Shown: in pieces, positions 1-63,180 of the stretch
Layout of the letters: the number at the start of each line of letters is the position of its first letter
Numbering within the stretch: position 1 is the first letter of the stretch
Origin: the human T2T-CHM13v2.0 reference genome, Homo sapiens
Direction: 5' to 3' (one strand)
DNA: 64,000 nt
NCBI RefSeq assembly: GCF_009914755.1
Contig: NC_060925.1
The notes under the pieces: generated by a model
Told to the model about the DNA's origin: nothing
Seen by the model: the letters and a program-made list of their open reading frames with translations, nothing else
Databases searched by the model: none
Program-made: the position numbers and the translations under genes

Positions 1-179
1 AAATGCTCAAATAAATTATTATGTTATCACTTTGGTCGCACAATTTCTGCCCAAGGGGAAATAATAAAAGGAGTCAAAACAACAATCTCCTGTGAAATAT
101 TCCAACAGGTCCAAGGAGTTGGGCTATGGATTTTGGACAAAGAGAAGAGAGCCTCTAATGTGAAAGGAAGACCCCAATG

Positions 180-531
<352 letters not shown>

Positions 532-754
532 TCACAGAAAGTAGAATTTTTAAAATTGTAACAACAAAAGAAAAAAGATTTTCAAAAATGATGCATCATT
601 GTAGGAAAGTCAATAGCTAACAGGAATTTCAGAAAGAGAGAACCAAGGAATCATTGGGGAAAAAGCTGTCAAAGAAATAATACAACAAACTTTCCCAGAA
701 TTGAAGGACAAAAATCTCTATAACAAAAAGATCACCATATGCCCAGAACAATGA

Positions 755-1206
<452 letters not shown>

Positions 1207-1538
1207 CATCTTGAATTTCAGAAAATGGATGATACGGTAAGATCATGAAAGAGTCCAGAGAGAAAATGAAGATTACGTGAATGACCAAGAATGCAATGGA
1301 TTTCTTAACAGCAATAAGAGAAGCTAGGCGCCAGCAGAAAAATATCTTCTAAGTGTTGAGTATGAATGACCTTCAACCTAAAATTCTGTACGCAACCGGA
1401 CTACCAATGACATGTAAATGGAATAAGACCATTTTCAGACATGTAAGGAAGTCTCCAGGATGACAACTGATACAATTTCCAGCAAGCAATCCAGGAAAGG
1501 AGGCATGAAGACTCCAAGAAATAAAAAAATAAAAATTA

Positions 1539-12940
<11,402 letters not shown>

Positions 12941-12989
12941 ACAAAAAGTGTGCCTTAAAATAGATGAAGTACTGTATTATTATTATTAT

Positions 12990-13410
12990 TAAAGGGCTGG
13001 AGCCAGAACAAGTTAGCATTTTGTGCCTCGAGATTCAAATCCCAGGTCTACCATTTATTCCTTGGGTGACATTTTTTTGGGGGGAGGGGCTGGAGGACAG
13101 GGTCTCACTCTGTCGCCTAGACTGGAGTGAAGTGGCGCGATCTCGGCTCACCGCAACCTCCGCCTACCGCGTTCAAGCAATTCTCCTGCTTCAGGCTCCC
13201 GAGTAGATGGGACTACAGGCGCGCGCCACTACCGCCCGGCTAATCCTTGCGTCACTTTAAGCAAGACACTTGATCTCTCTGTGCCTCAGTTTCCTCACCC
13301 GCAGAATGAATATCAATAGTTCCTGCTACACAAAACTGTTTGGGCTATTAAATATGTGAATACTCAGAAAGTACCTGGCACAAAGTAGCCTTATCATTGC
13401 TATTATTTAG
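12990..13410 (+). mobile_element. MIR interrupted by an Alu right-arm fragment (about 13072-13242, minus)
   Basis: MIR core CTCTCTGTGCCTCAGTTTCCTCA and TTCAAATCCCAG; degenerate TSD TCCTTGGGTGAC/TCCTTGCGTCAC. Confidence 0.7.
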
Positions 13411-13499
13411 AACAAAGTTATTGTTTCCAGGTTTGGAGGTGGGCTGGCGGAGGGAGGAGAAGACGCACTAGGTTGCCTTTCAGAAAAGGGGTCCAGGCC

Positions 13500-14470
13500 T
13501 TATCCTGCCTCCCAGGTGGACTCGGCCCGGGATCCCGAGCCCCGCCCCCTCCAGGCCCCGCCCCGCCCCGCCCTCGCTGGCCGAGACTCTGTGCTACTCT
13601 CGCGCGCTTTGAAAGTGCGCGAGCTCCGACCGAGACCTGGGCCGGCGGTTGGTCGGCCGAAACCATCTGCTACGTTACGTGGGGGGAGGTCAGCTCCTAT
13701 ACAGCCACACTTTTTTCAATCTTCAGCTTTTCAGGCCTAGGTCCTGGTTTTATTTTAGCTTTCAGAGCTTCTCTGTAGGCTCGAATTTCCAGGAGGCAGC
13801 CCGAGTCCCTGGGGAGAGGGTCATCGTGGCTCTCGTCGGTGCCTTCCACCTCTGGACAGGCAACCGGTGGGAGAGGACGCCGGTGGGCGGGGGGAGGAGG
13901 CGGCCCTAGCGCCATTTTGTGGGAGCGAAGCGGTGGCTGGGCTGCGCTTGGGTCCGTCGCTGCTTCGGTGTCCCTGTCGGGCTTCCCAGCAGCGGCCTAG
14001 CGGGTGAGTCGCGGAGCCTTCTCACTGAGGACGCCGTAGGTGCCTCGGCTTCTGCATTGGGGCGGCCCGAGGCAGACGCAGCGGCTTTGGACCCTGCCCC
14101 GGGAAGTCAGCCGTGAGACCGGGCCTAGTCCTGCCCGAGCGGGCTCGCGCGGGAGCGTCGTTAGGTCCTGGCACGGGGAGGCCGGTGGCGCCGAAACGGG
14201 GGGCCGGGCCCGCGGTGCCGCGTAGCCTGAGGCGGAGGTTGGCCCCGGACCCGGACAGTGCCGGAGCCTTCGGTACTTTGTACTTCGAGGGACGCTGCCA
14301 GCTTGGGCCTGGTGCTCCTGCGCCCCACCCCGGGCCGCGCCGAGAAACTCCTCCCTCGGCTGGCACGCGCGGGCTTCTGGGAGGCGACGGCCGGCACCGC
14401 CAGGACCTGTCGCCGCGGGCCTTGGGGCTCGGGCTCGCAGAGCCCCCGGAAGCCCCAAAATGAGGAACAG
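13500..14470 (+). promoter_or_regulatory. TARDBP: TARDBP CpG-island promoter
   Basis: High GC/CpG; tandem GC boxes (CCCCGCCC) 13540-13573; YY1-type CGCCATTTT at 13910-13918 near the expected TSS; no TATA box. Confidence 0.9.
13882..14003 (+). other. TARDBP: TARDBP non-coding exon 1 (5' end approximate)
   Basis: Matches the recalled TARDBP 5'UTR; donor CGG|GTGAGT at 14003/14004. Confidence 0.85.
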
Positions 14471-14982
14471 AGGGAAACTTTTCTCCTGTTCTTTACACCT
14501 GGTTCACTGCCCATATTCAGTCTTCCGGTTCAGCTGATGGATCGCTTGCTTAGGAAAATCGACTGGGACCTATCACGCCCATGCCTCAGCCAGTTAGGCT
14601 CCTCCTCTGCCTTCAGGATTACTTAACGACTAACCCGATTGTCATAAAATAGCTACTGTTTATTGTTCCCTTGCATACCCTAGCTTGTAACCAGCAAGCC
14701 ACGTTGGACTCAGTTACAGTTTCAGTACCTGACGCATCATAAGCCTTCAGGGAAAGTTTTTTGAATGAATGAACTGGCGAGGCATCACATTTTGATAGGA
14801 AATCACTACCCTTACCTTCACCTCGTCATTTTTCAGGGATAACCAATGCATATACGAATCCAGACAAGCATTTTTCTGGAAGTCAGAACTCTGACATGGT
14901 TTGGGTATTATCATTATAAGGAAACAGTTATTCTGACATGAATGTTGTTCATTCATATCTCTTTTCTCTTTAGGAAAAGTAA

Positions 14983-23927
<8,945 letters not shown>

Positions 23928-24465
23928 ACAGTGGGGTTGTGGTTGGTTGGTATAGAATGGTGGGAATTCAAATTTTTCTAAACTCATGGTAAGTATATTG
24001 TAAAATACATATGTACTAAGAATTTTCAAAATTGGTTTGTTCAGTGTGGAGTATATTCAGCAGTATTTTTGACATTTTTCTTTAGAAAAAGGAAGAGCTA
24101 AAGGAATTTTATAAGTTTTGTTACATGAAAGGTTGAAATATTGAGTGGTTGAAAGTGAACTGCTGTTTGCCTGATTGGTAAACCAACACACTACAATTGA
24201 TATCAAAAGGTTTCTCCTGTAATATTTTATCCCTGGACTTGTCAAGTGAATTCTTTGCATGTTCAAAACGGAAACCATTGATTAGAACTACATTCTTTAC
24301 CCCTTGTTTTAATTTGAACCCCACCATATGGATTTTTTTCCTTAAGAAAATCTCCTTTTAGGAGATCATGGTGTCACAGTGTTTGGTTCTTTTGTTTTGT
24401 TTTTTAACACTTGTCTCCCCTCATACACAAAAGTACAATATGAAGCCTTCATTTAATCTCTGCAG

Positions 24466-24521
24466 TTCATCTCATTTCAAATGTTTATGGAAGAAGCACT
24501 TCATTGAAAGTAGTGCTGTAA
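24466..24521 (+). CDS. TARDBP: Alternative C-terminal segment of short TDP-43 isoforms (VHLISNVYGRSTSLKVVL*)
   Basis: Acceptor CTCTGCAG|TTCATC; in phase with exon-6 internal donors at 23514|23515 (295 aa) and 23523|23524 (298 aa); known sTDP-43 tail. Confidence 0.9.
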
Positions 24522-24602
24522 ATATTCTGCCATAGGAATACTGTCTACATGCTTTCTCATTCAAGAATTCGTCATCACGCATCACAGGCCGCGTCTTTGA
24601 CG

Positions 24603-25336
24603 GTGGGTGTCCCATTTTTATCCGCTACTCTTTATTTCATGGAGTCGTATCAACGCTATGAACGCAAGGCTGTGATATGGAACCAGAAGGCTGTCTGAAC
24701 TTTTGAAACCTTGTGTGGGATTGATGGTGGTGCCGAGGCATGAAAGGCTAGTATGAGCGAGAAAAGGAGAGAGCGCGTGCAGAGACTTGGTGGTGCATAA
24801 TGGATATTTTTTAACTTGGCGAGATGTGTCTCTCAATCCTGTGGCTTTGGTGAGAGAGTGTGCAGAGAGCAATGATAGCAAATAATGTACGAATGTTTTT
24901 TGCATTCAAAGGACATCCACATCTGTTGGAAGACTTTTAAGTGAGTTTTTGTTCTTAGATAACCCACATTAGATGAATGTGTTAAGTGAAATGATACTTG
25001 TACTCCCCCTACCCCTTTGTCAACTGCTGTGAATGCTGTATGGTGTGTGTTCTCTTCTGTTACTGATATGTAAGTGTGGCAATGTGAACTGAAGCTGATG
25101 GGCTGAGAACATGGACTGAGCTTGTGGTGTGCTTTGCAGGAGGACTTGAAGCAGAGTTCACCAGTGAGCTCAGGTGTCTCAAAGAAGGGTGGAAGTTCTA
25201 ATGTCTGTTAGCTACCCATAAGAATGCTGTTTGCTGCAGTTCTGTGTCCTGTGCTTGGATGCTTTTTATAAGAGTTGTCATTGTTGGAAATTCTTAAATA
25301 AAACTGATTTAAATAATATGTGTCTTTGTTTTGCAG
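24603..25336 (+). promoter_or_regulatory. TARDBP: TARDBP 3'UTR cryptic intron (intron 7) / TDP-43 binding region for autoregulation
   Basis: Donor ACG|GTGGGT, acceptor TTTTGCAG|CCC; contains the recalled 34-nt TDP-43 CLIP element GAGAGAGCGCGTGCAGAGACTTGGTGGTGCATAA (24767-24800), dispersed UG runs and the proximal AATAAA (25297-25302). Confidence 0.8.
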
Positions 25337-26770
25337 CCCTGAATGCAAAGAATTCATAGCAGTTAATTCCCCTTTTTTGACCCTTTTGAGATGGAACTTT
25401 CATAAAGTTTCTTGGCAGTAGTTTATTTTGCTTCAAATAAACTTATTTGAAAAGTTGTCTCAAGTCAAATGGATTCATCACCTGTCATGCATTGACACCT
25501 GATACCCAGACTTAATTGGTATTTGTTCTTGCATTGGCCAAAGTGAAAATTTTTTTTTTTCTTTTGAAATCTAGTTTTGAATAAGTCTGGGTGACCGCAC
25601 CTAAAATGGTAAGCAGTACCCTCCGGCTTTTTCTTAGTGCCTCTGTGCATTTGGGTGATGTTCTATTTACATGGCCTGTGTAAATCTCCATTGGGAAGTC
25701 ATGCCTTCTAAAAAGATTCTTATTTGGGGGAGTGGGCAAAATGTTGATTATTTTCTAATGCTTTGTAGCAAAGCATATCAATTGAAAAGGGAATATCAGC
25801 ACCTTCCTAGTTTGGGATTTGAAAAGTGGAATTAATTGCAGTAGGGATAAAGTAGAAGAAACCACAAATTATCTTGTGCCTGAAATCCATTAAGAGGCCT
25901 GATAGCTTTAAGAATTAGGGTGGGTTGTCTGTCTGGAAGTGTTAAGTGGAATGGGCTTTGTCCTCCAGGAGGTGGGGGAATGTGGTAACATTGAATACAG
26001 TTGAATAAAATCGCTTACAAAACTCACACTCTCACAATGCATTGTTAAGTATGTAAAAGCAATAACATTGATTCTCTGTTGTACTTTTTTGTAACTAATT
26101 CTGTGAGAGTTGAGCTCATTTTCTAGTTGGAAGAATGTGATATTTGTTGTGTTGGTAGTTTACCTAATGCCCTTACCTAATTAGATTATGATAAATAGGT
26201 TTGTCATTTTGCAAGTTACATGTTTTAAACATTTATCAATGAAGTCATCCTTTAGACTTGTAATCGCCACATTGTTTCATTATTCAGTTTCCTCTGTAAA
26301 GGGATCTTGAGTTGTTTTAATTTTTTTTTTCTGCATCTGAATCTGCATGATTTCCAAACCCTGTACCATCTGAATTTTGCATTTTAGCACTTGCACTATT
26401 ACTCAGCAGCAGTAACATGGTAACACTTAAAATGGTACTCGGGGACCTCCAAAGACTAAACTGACAAGCCTTCAAGGAGCCCAGGGGTAAGTTAACTTGT
26501 CAACGGCATGGTTTAATCCCTTCTTTACACTTGTGTAAATTTCAGTTACTGGTCATAGAAGGCTTTCAATGTTGAGTGGCCTTTTATTAACATGTTTATG
26601 GTACTGCATAGATACGGGTATTTATTTTACCCTAAGAAGATTTTGAAGTTTAAAAGTACTTAAACTATTTGGCAAAGATTTGTTTTTAAAAATCTATTTG
26701 GTCAATCTAAATGCATTCATTCTAAAAAATTTTTTGAACCAGATAAATAAAATTTTTTTTTGACACCACA
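25297..26770 (+). terminator. TARDBP: TARDBP alternative poly(A) signals
   Basis: AATAAA at 25297, 25436, 26004 and 26746. Confidence 0.8.
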
Positions 26771-28163
26771 GTTTAGTGTCTGGAGTCTTACTGGAAAAAC
26801 ACGATTTCTTTTTATATGTGATATACAGATGCTGGAAAGTTACCTTTAAAAATTGAGTCTCTAAAGAAAAAAGAAAATAATAAAAATTGAGTCTCAAGAA
26901 GTTGTACTTCATATGCACAAGAGAAATGAGGCCAAGACTCACAGTAAGCTTTTACATGGAATGGTAACTTTTAGTTAGACTGAAAAACTTGAATGTTAGC
27001 TATTAAAACCTTTTAGGAAGGAATAGCCAGCTAAAACCAAATGAGATTTTTAAAGTTAAATCAGCACTTAAGTTGTGTCCTTAGTAGGAAAAAGTAGGAA
27101 GTTAACTACTCCGTAATCCAAGAGATAATGTGTAACAGTAAGAATGATTTTGTTGTTGTTGAGTATGAGCAAAGTAGCCCCTAAGTGTGTATTAGGGTTC
27201 TGTACTTAACTGTTGTGTGATGTGTGCTTTTGTTAGGCATCACTGTGCCCAAGTATTTCATGTTCATTGTAAAGAGGAAAAATACAGATTTCTCTATAAT
27301 GTCACCACTTATTTCTAATTGCCACTTTTCATCTTGTGGAAATGCCATGTTTTGATTCAGTCTTCTGAATTTGAACATTATTCAGGTTATTTCCAATTGC
27401 TGGGAATATCCTTACTGCTAAAATAAATTCTTAGCATTGGAATTGCTAGGTCAAAGATTATGCATGCTTTTTAAGGGCTTTTGAAATGTATTGCCAGTCT
27501 GTGGCCTGCCACCCTCCCTGAACATGCCTGGTCTTGCTTAAAATGTATTGCCAGATAGTCCTTGGGAAGTTTATGTTGTCTTTAACAATGTGAAATAGTA
27601 CTACTATTCACGTTCCTTTTGTCTGACAATTTGATAAGTGAATAATTGTATCCCACCATTTTGTAGTATTGGTTTTTAACATGGAAATTTTAGTCAATAC
27701 CTGGGCTGAAGTATCAGTGTTTCCAACCTACCTACCCAAAAAAAGGATTCAAGGTTATTCCTCAATCAGTACTGCCATAATATATAAAGCACTTACAGAG
27801 ATCAATAAGAACAAGTTTAAAAACAAAGAGCATGGACAGGCAGTTTACAGAAATGCCAACAGCCAGTATGAAAAGAGACTGGCTTTTTAAGGTAATGAAA
27901 TGTAATTTGAGCAGTGACATTACACTGGGTGGGCAAAGGTGACTGTCACTCTCGTGGTTTATGTCCCCTTGAGTCAATGGGTAAGGCTGGAATTAAACTG
28001 GCAAGTGGAGAAATGACAGCAGCCTCACCTGGAGTCTGTTTTTTTGGGTGGAGCAACAACTGCCATGTCCACAGTAATGATGAATGCTTCTCGAGCCACG
28101 TCGCTGCCAAGGTCTTCACAGGCATTTCTAAAAATGAAGAATCCTTGACTGCAGACACGCAAG

Positions 28164-48769
<20,606 letters not shown>

Positions 48770-48799
48770 GGTGTGCCCGTCCAGCTGGCCTGGCCTGGT

Positions 48800-48900
48800 C
48801 TGCAGCCCTACGCTGGTCTCACCTTTGATCTGTTTGTCCAGTGACCTGCCCCTGCCCCCAGCCTCCCTGACTCTGGGATTCTGGGAATCGACTCCATGAC
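48800..48900 (-). promoter_or_regulatory. MASP2: MASP2 liver-type proximal promoter
   Basis: DR1/HNF4-like AGATCAAAGGTGA (48831-48819), forkhead-like TGTTTGT (48831-48837), STAT site TTCTGGGAA (48879-48887). Confidence 0.65.
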
Positions 48901-49009
48901 TCCAGCCTGCTCAGAGTTCCAGGCAGGCAGGACAGGCTGCTCTGGGAGCCAGGAGTCGGACCTAGGTAACAACAGCCTGGAAACAAATCCTGGCTCTGCC
49001 CCTCACCCC

Positions 49010-52893
<3,884 letters not shown>

Positions 52894-52897
52894 TAAC

Positions 52898-53577
52898 TGT
52901 AACCGCCCAAGGGGTTCACCTTGCCAGCTGTCTAGACAGAGCTGATTCATCAAGACAGGGGAATTGCAATAGAGAAAGAGTAATTCACGCAGAGCTGGCT
53001 GTGCGGGAGACCAGAATTTTACTATTACTCAAATCAGTCTCCCCGAACATTCGGGGAGTAGAGTTTTTAAGGATAACCTGGTGGGTAGGGGGAAGCCAGT
53101 GAGCCAGGAGTGCTGACTGGTCAGAGATGAAATCACAGGCAGTCGGAGTCAGAGCTGTTTTCTTGCACTGAGTCCTGGGTGGGGGTCACAAGATCAGATG
53201 AGCCCGTTTATCCATCTGGGTGGTGCCGGCTGATCCATCAAGGCAGGATCTGCAAAATATCTCAAGCACTGATCTTAGGAGCAGTTTAGGGAGGGTGGGA
53301 ATCTCGTAGCCTCCAGCTGCATGACTCTAAACCATAATTTCTAATCTTGTGGCTAATGTTAATCCTACAAAGACAGTCTAGTCCCCAGGCAAGAACATCT
53401 GCTTTGAGAAAGGGCTGTGACCGTCTTTGTTTAAACTATAAACTAAATTTCTCCCAACGTTAGTTCAGCCTACGCCCAGGAATGAAGAAGGACAGCTTGG
53501 AGGCTAGAAGCAAGATGGAGTTGGCTAAGTTAGGTCTCTTTCACTGTCTCAGTCATAATTTGGCAAAGGCAGTTTCA
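52898..53577 (-). mobile_element. Solo LTR8 (ERV1), full length, inserted inside an Alu
   Basis: TGTAACCGCCCAAGGGGTTCACC...GGCAGTTTCA matches the recalled LTR8 consensus end to end; 4-bp TSD TAAC/CAAC; Alu halves on both sides. Confidence 0.9.
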
Positions 53578-53799
53578 CAACTTCCGCTTCCTGGGTTTAA
53601 GTGATTCCCCTGCCTCAGCCTTCCGAGTAGCTGGGGTTATAGACGTGCGCCACCACACCAGGATAATGCTTGTGTTTTTAGTAGAGACGAGGTTTTGCCA
53701 TGTTGCCCTCCCAACACTCCTGGCCTCAAGTGATCTGCGCACCTCGGCCTCCCAATGTGCTGGGATTACAGGCATGAGCCACCACCCGGGGCTGCGCTC

Positions 53800-54096
53800 A
53801 TTGTTCATGAATTTGTACAGCTTCATCTCCAGAGCCCTCCTGATCCTTTCCTGGCAGTCATTGGGTGGGGTGAAAGTCCCAACCCTTCAGTCTTTAGGTC
53901 TTACTTACCAGCCCCACCCTGAGGCTCCCCCGGGGCTCTACCCTAGACCACTGCATTAGCATAAACTCGGGAGTTCTCTAACAGAGCATATAATGAACGA
54001 CAAGACACGCCTACCGATCAGGAATTTCCAAAGGTGTTAGCGGCTCCGTGACAGGAACTGGGGACAAACACCAAATCGATTTCTTCTTCTACTACA
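53800..54096 (-). mobile_element. MER21-family LTR fragment
   Basis: GGAATTTCCAAAGG...CAGGAACTGGGGACAAACACCAAAT resembles the reverse of the MER21 5' end. Confidence 0.65.
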
Positions 54097-56428
54097 GAAG
54101 ATAAACCCCAAATAATCAGCTCCAAGAGGGAAAGGGGCTGCGGGAGGAGGACTGTGATTTTTCTTCTGACAAGCCGCACGGACCCATGAATCCTTAAGCC
54201 AGGGGCCTGGCTAATTATCATAAATCAAATTTTGAAAAGTCTAGATAGGATTGATGTTATTCCCCATGCCACACTGGGCCTGTTTGTGGCCCAAAGATTT
54301 CTGGGACGCTGGGGGACCCAGGTTGTGTCCTCATCAAGGCTGTTTCTGTTTCAGCAGATCATCCTGGGCTGCATCGCACCCACCCAGTCGTGGGGCTCAG
54401 GCTTGCCCCCATCCCTGGTGCATGCCTCTTCGCGGCGGCCAGGTGTGTGTATAGACTATAGGCTGGGGAGGCGCAGGATCTACGCTGCCGGCAACTTCAT
54501 CTTCCTGCAGCTGCTTCCCAGATCTCCTGCCTCCCAGATGGCCCCGGCTGTTTCCACAACCTGGTCCACCCTCCCTTCTCTCGGGCCGGCACTGGTTGAG
54601 GGCTGCGTCGCACGTGCTTCTCACCAAAGCTTCCTAACAGGGACGGTGTGCTCCCCCTCTGACATCGGGGTAACCGGCAGAGGGCCTGCGTGGCTGCAGG
54701 TCACAGAGCTGAGGGAGGCAGAGTTGAGATTGAGATCTGGACCGATTCCAGAGCCCTTGGGGAAAGGCCCTCACACTTAGGGGGTCACGGGATCGTCCCT
54801 CTAAGGGGGCAGCATTCCCTGCCTGGATCTTGGCCAGGGAGTAGATGTCAGAGAGACCATCCATGCCGGGACCTCCAGAGTGCCTGGCCTGAGATGCAGG
54901 AGACCCTGGGGTGAGCAGGGTGGAGTGGCGTCGGACGGTGGCTGCTGATTGGCTGTGTGTCCTTAGGCACATCGCCTTGCCTCTGTGCAGCAGGAACAAT
55001 GCCTGGCGGGCAGGTGGTTGTGAAGGTTAAATGAAAGTGCCTGGCCCACCCAGCTGCAGCCTGGCCTGTCAGGCTCCAGAAATAGCCCCTGCCAACCCAC
55101 CTGAACGCCAGCTGCTCCTCTCGGGCCTTCCCTGAGACTATGAAGGCCCGGGGGCAGACGCCAGCTCCCCAGACTGATTTGAAAGGTCAGGGTGGCCTGG
55201 AGAAGTTAGCCTGAGGTCAGATCTGCTGATGGGCCAAAGGTCTGAAGGTGCTCAGTCTGGTGAATTCACAGGGGTGGGGAGTGGGGGGCAGGTGGAGACT
55301 GGAGGGCTATGACTGGCCTGAAGCCAGAGTTGATGGCGAAACTGAATCCCCCTTACTCTGGTGTCCCAGAAAACATACCCGGGTGAGTTAGGGCTCCAAG
55401 GTGGCTGCCTCGGCTGGGAGTGGGGCCTCCCTCCCTGATGCGTCCGCTAGCCCAGCCCCTGCCCAGGGTGGGGAAAGGGGTTGGCAACTCAGGCCCATGC
55501 AAAGAGGGTTCCTTTCCTGTCCTCCCACCACCGTTGGGTCCTGGAAGGCGGGAGTTCAGCACCTTGGAGAGGGGACAGCCCTGGTCCTCGCAGTCCCTGG
55601 TGGGGTGCCCACACTTGCTTTCTCAATTTGTCCACATAGGGGGCGGGGCATGGTGGGAATTTGAACCCAAGTCTGAATGCCGGGTGGAGTCAGGGCACAG
55701 TCACTGGGCCAGTGTTAAGCTCCTGATGTGCTTAAAAAGGCCGAAGGTAACCAGCCCCGCCACCCCTTCCTGTATTTGCCCTGGAGTACCTGGATGGGAC
55801 CTGACTTACACCTGTGAGTGTCCCCAATTTTTCTGAGAATGCTCCCGGGCAGCCCCACCCTGATCTCACCCACCCCACTGCCCTGGGGGGCTGTCACCAG
55901 TGGCCTTGTGAAGGGCTTGGTAAAAGGACAGCTAAGTCAGCTTCCCAGGACAGCTCTGGGTCCCACGTGACGACTGCGGTGACCCTCTGTGCCCCAGGCT
56001 ATCCACGATGGCCCGCCTGCAGCCTCAGCCCTGCAGCAGACACTTGGGGGTCAGCCAGCAAGGCCTCTGCAGACCCTCACCCCAGAGGCACCCAATGGTG
56101 AATGTGGCCCTGCCTGGGCCCAGCCAAGGTCAGGAGACACAGGACTCCAATCTTTGCTATAAATACACGTGTTTGGTGAGTGAGGGGCAACAGAAGGCAG
56201 AGAGATGGCGCTGTACACAGCTGGTATAGGCTTGGAGGTGGAACGCCAGAGAGACAGACACACAGACAGTCCGCCCAGCAGGGCAGGCCGGGCAGCATTC
56301 TGGGGCTTGTAACACTTGGTTGGTGGGCGAGAGCCAGCAGGAGGTCCGGCCCGGGGCTGGAGGGGCCGAGGCACCCCGCAGGCTCCAAGGTCCGAGGTCC
56401 TGGGTGGCATCAGTGGTGGCGCCTGGGC

Positions 56429-61685
<5,257 letters not shown>

Positions 61686-62734
61686 TCATTGGCCACCGGC
61701 TCGCAGAGCGGCGCAGAGTGGCTGTGGCGCGCCGTCCGTCGGCGGCAGCAGGGTAGTGCGGCCCGCTCCAGGGGCCACGTGGGGCCCGGCCGGGGCCGGG
61801 CGGCCGGGTCGGGTTCCGGGGCGGGCTGGGCCGGCGGAAGGGGTCCGGGTCCTTCCTCCGCCCCAAGCAGCCGGGGCGGTGCACCACCGGCCCCCGCTTC
61901 CTTCTCGGGGTTGGGAGGCACCGAGGGCCTCGAGGGGCTGCGGGACTCGGGCTTGGTGTGGAGGGCAAGAGCGCTGCGACGTGCGGACTGGAGAGTCAGC
62001 CTTTGGGCTGGAGACACGGGAGCGGGCGGCTACAGTGGTTTACGTTGTTGCACGGGGCGAGTAGAACGTATCCTTCTTTGCGTCCAAAATCTGGTTCCTT
62101 GTTGGATTTGAACAGATTATGTGGCTCGTCGGGGCGAACCGAGGGTTTTTATTTACTTGGAAAGAATCATCACAGCCCGCGAATTCACAAGCTGGATTTA
62201 GCCATTTTCCCTTAGATTCTGCGCCATGAGCCTATAGGCTGTTGAATACGAGAGAAGTGCTTTTCTAAACGAGTTTCTAAATTTACCAGCAGTGTCCAGG
62301 AAGAGGCCCAGAACATACATATTCAGCACCAGAAAAGACTGGCACGCAATTTTTCTTGACAAACTGGGTCTTGCTCTTTGAAGGGTGGGTGGGAATGTGC
62401 TGTTTTTATGAGAATGTCAAAGAACTTCTCAGAATCACATTAAGCATGCTAATTACCAAATATTAAATGCTAATTGTTCCACACGCAGTTCGAATGCCAA
62501 GGAAGGAAGATGAAACTAGTATAAGCTACTCTTGACATTATGTCAGGGATGGTTTTGACACGTTTTGCAGCCTCCACCTGGAGGTGGGGAACGTTTCCTG
62601 TGTCGTCCCCAGAGCAGAGTAACAGCGTTGTTTATGGGTGAGAGCAAGCCTCAAGCCTAGGCAACAATGTGCCTTGCTTGCTTTTAAGCTCCTTCTAAAG
62701 GGGAGGTAAACCAAGACCGCTAAAGAATTGCTAG

Positions 62735-63180
<446 letters not shown>

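Noticed and set aside
13418-14626. Overlapping Pro/Arg/Gly-rich ORFs in the TARDBP CpG island
   Set aside because: Stop-codon scarcity at high GC; mostly non-ATG starts; no recognisable domain
54232-54780. 182 aa plus-strand ORF and an exon-like segment (about 54356-54442)
   Set aside because: No ATG start, no recognisable homology; splice-like motifs alone are insufficient
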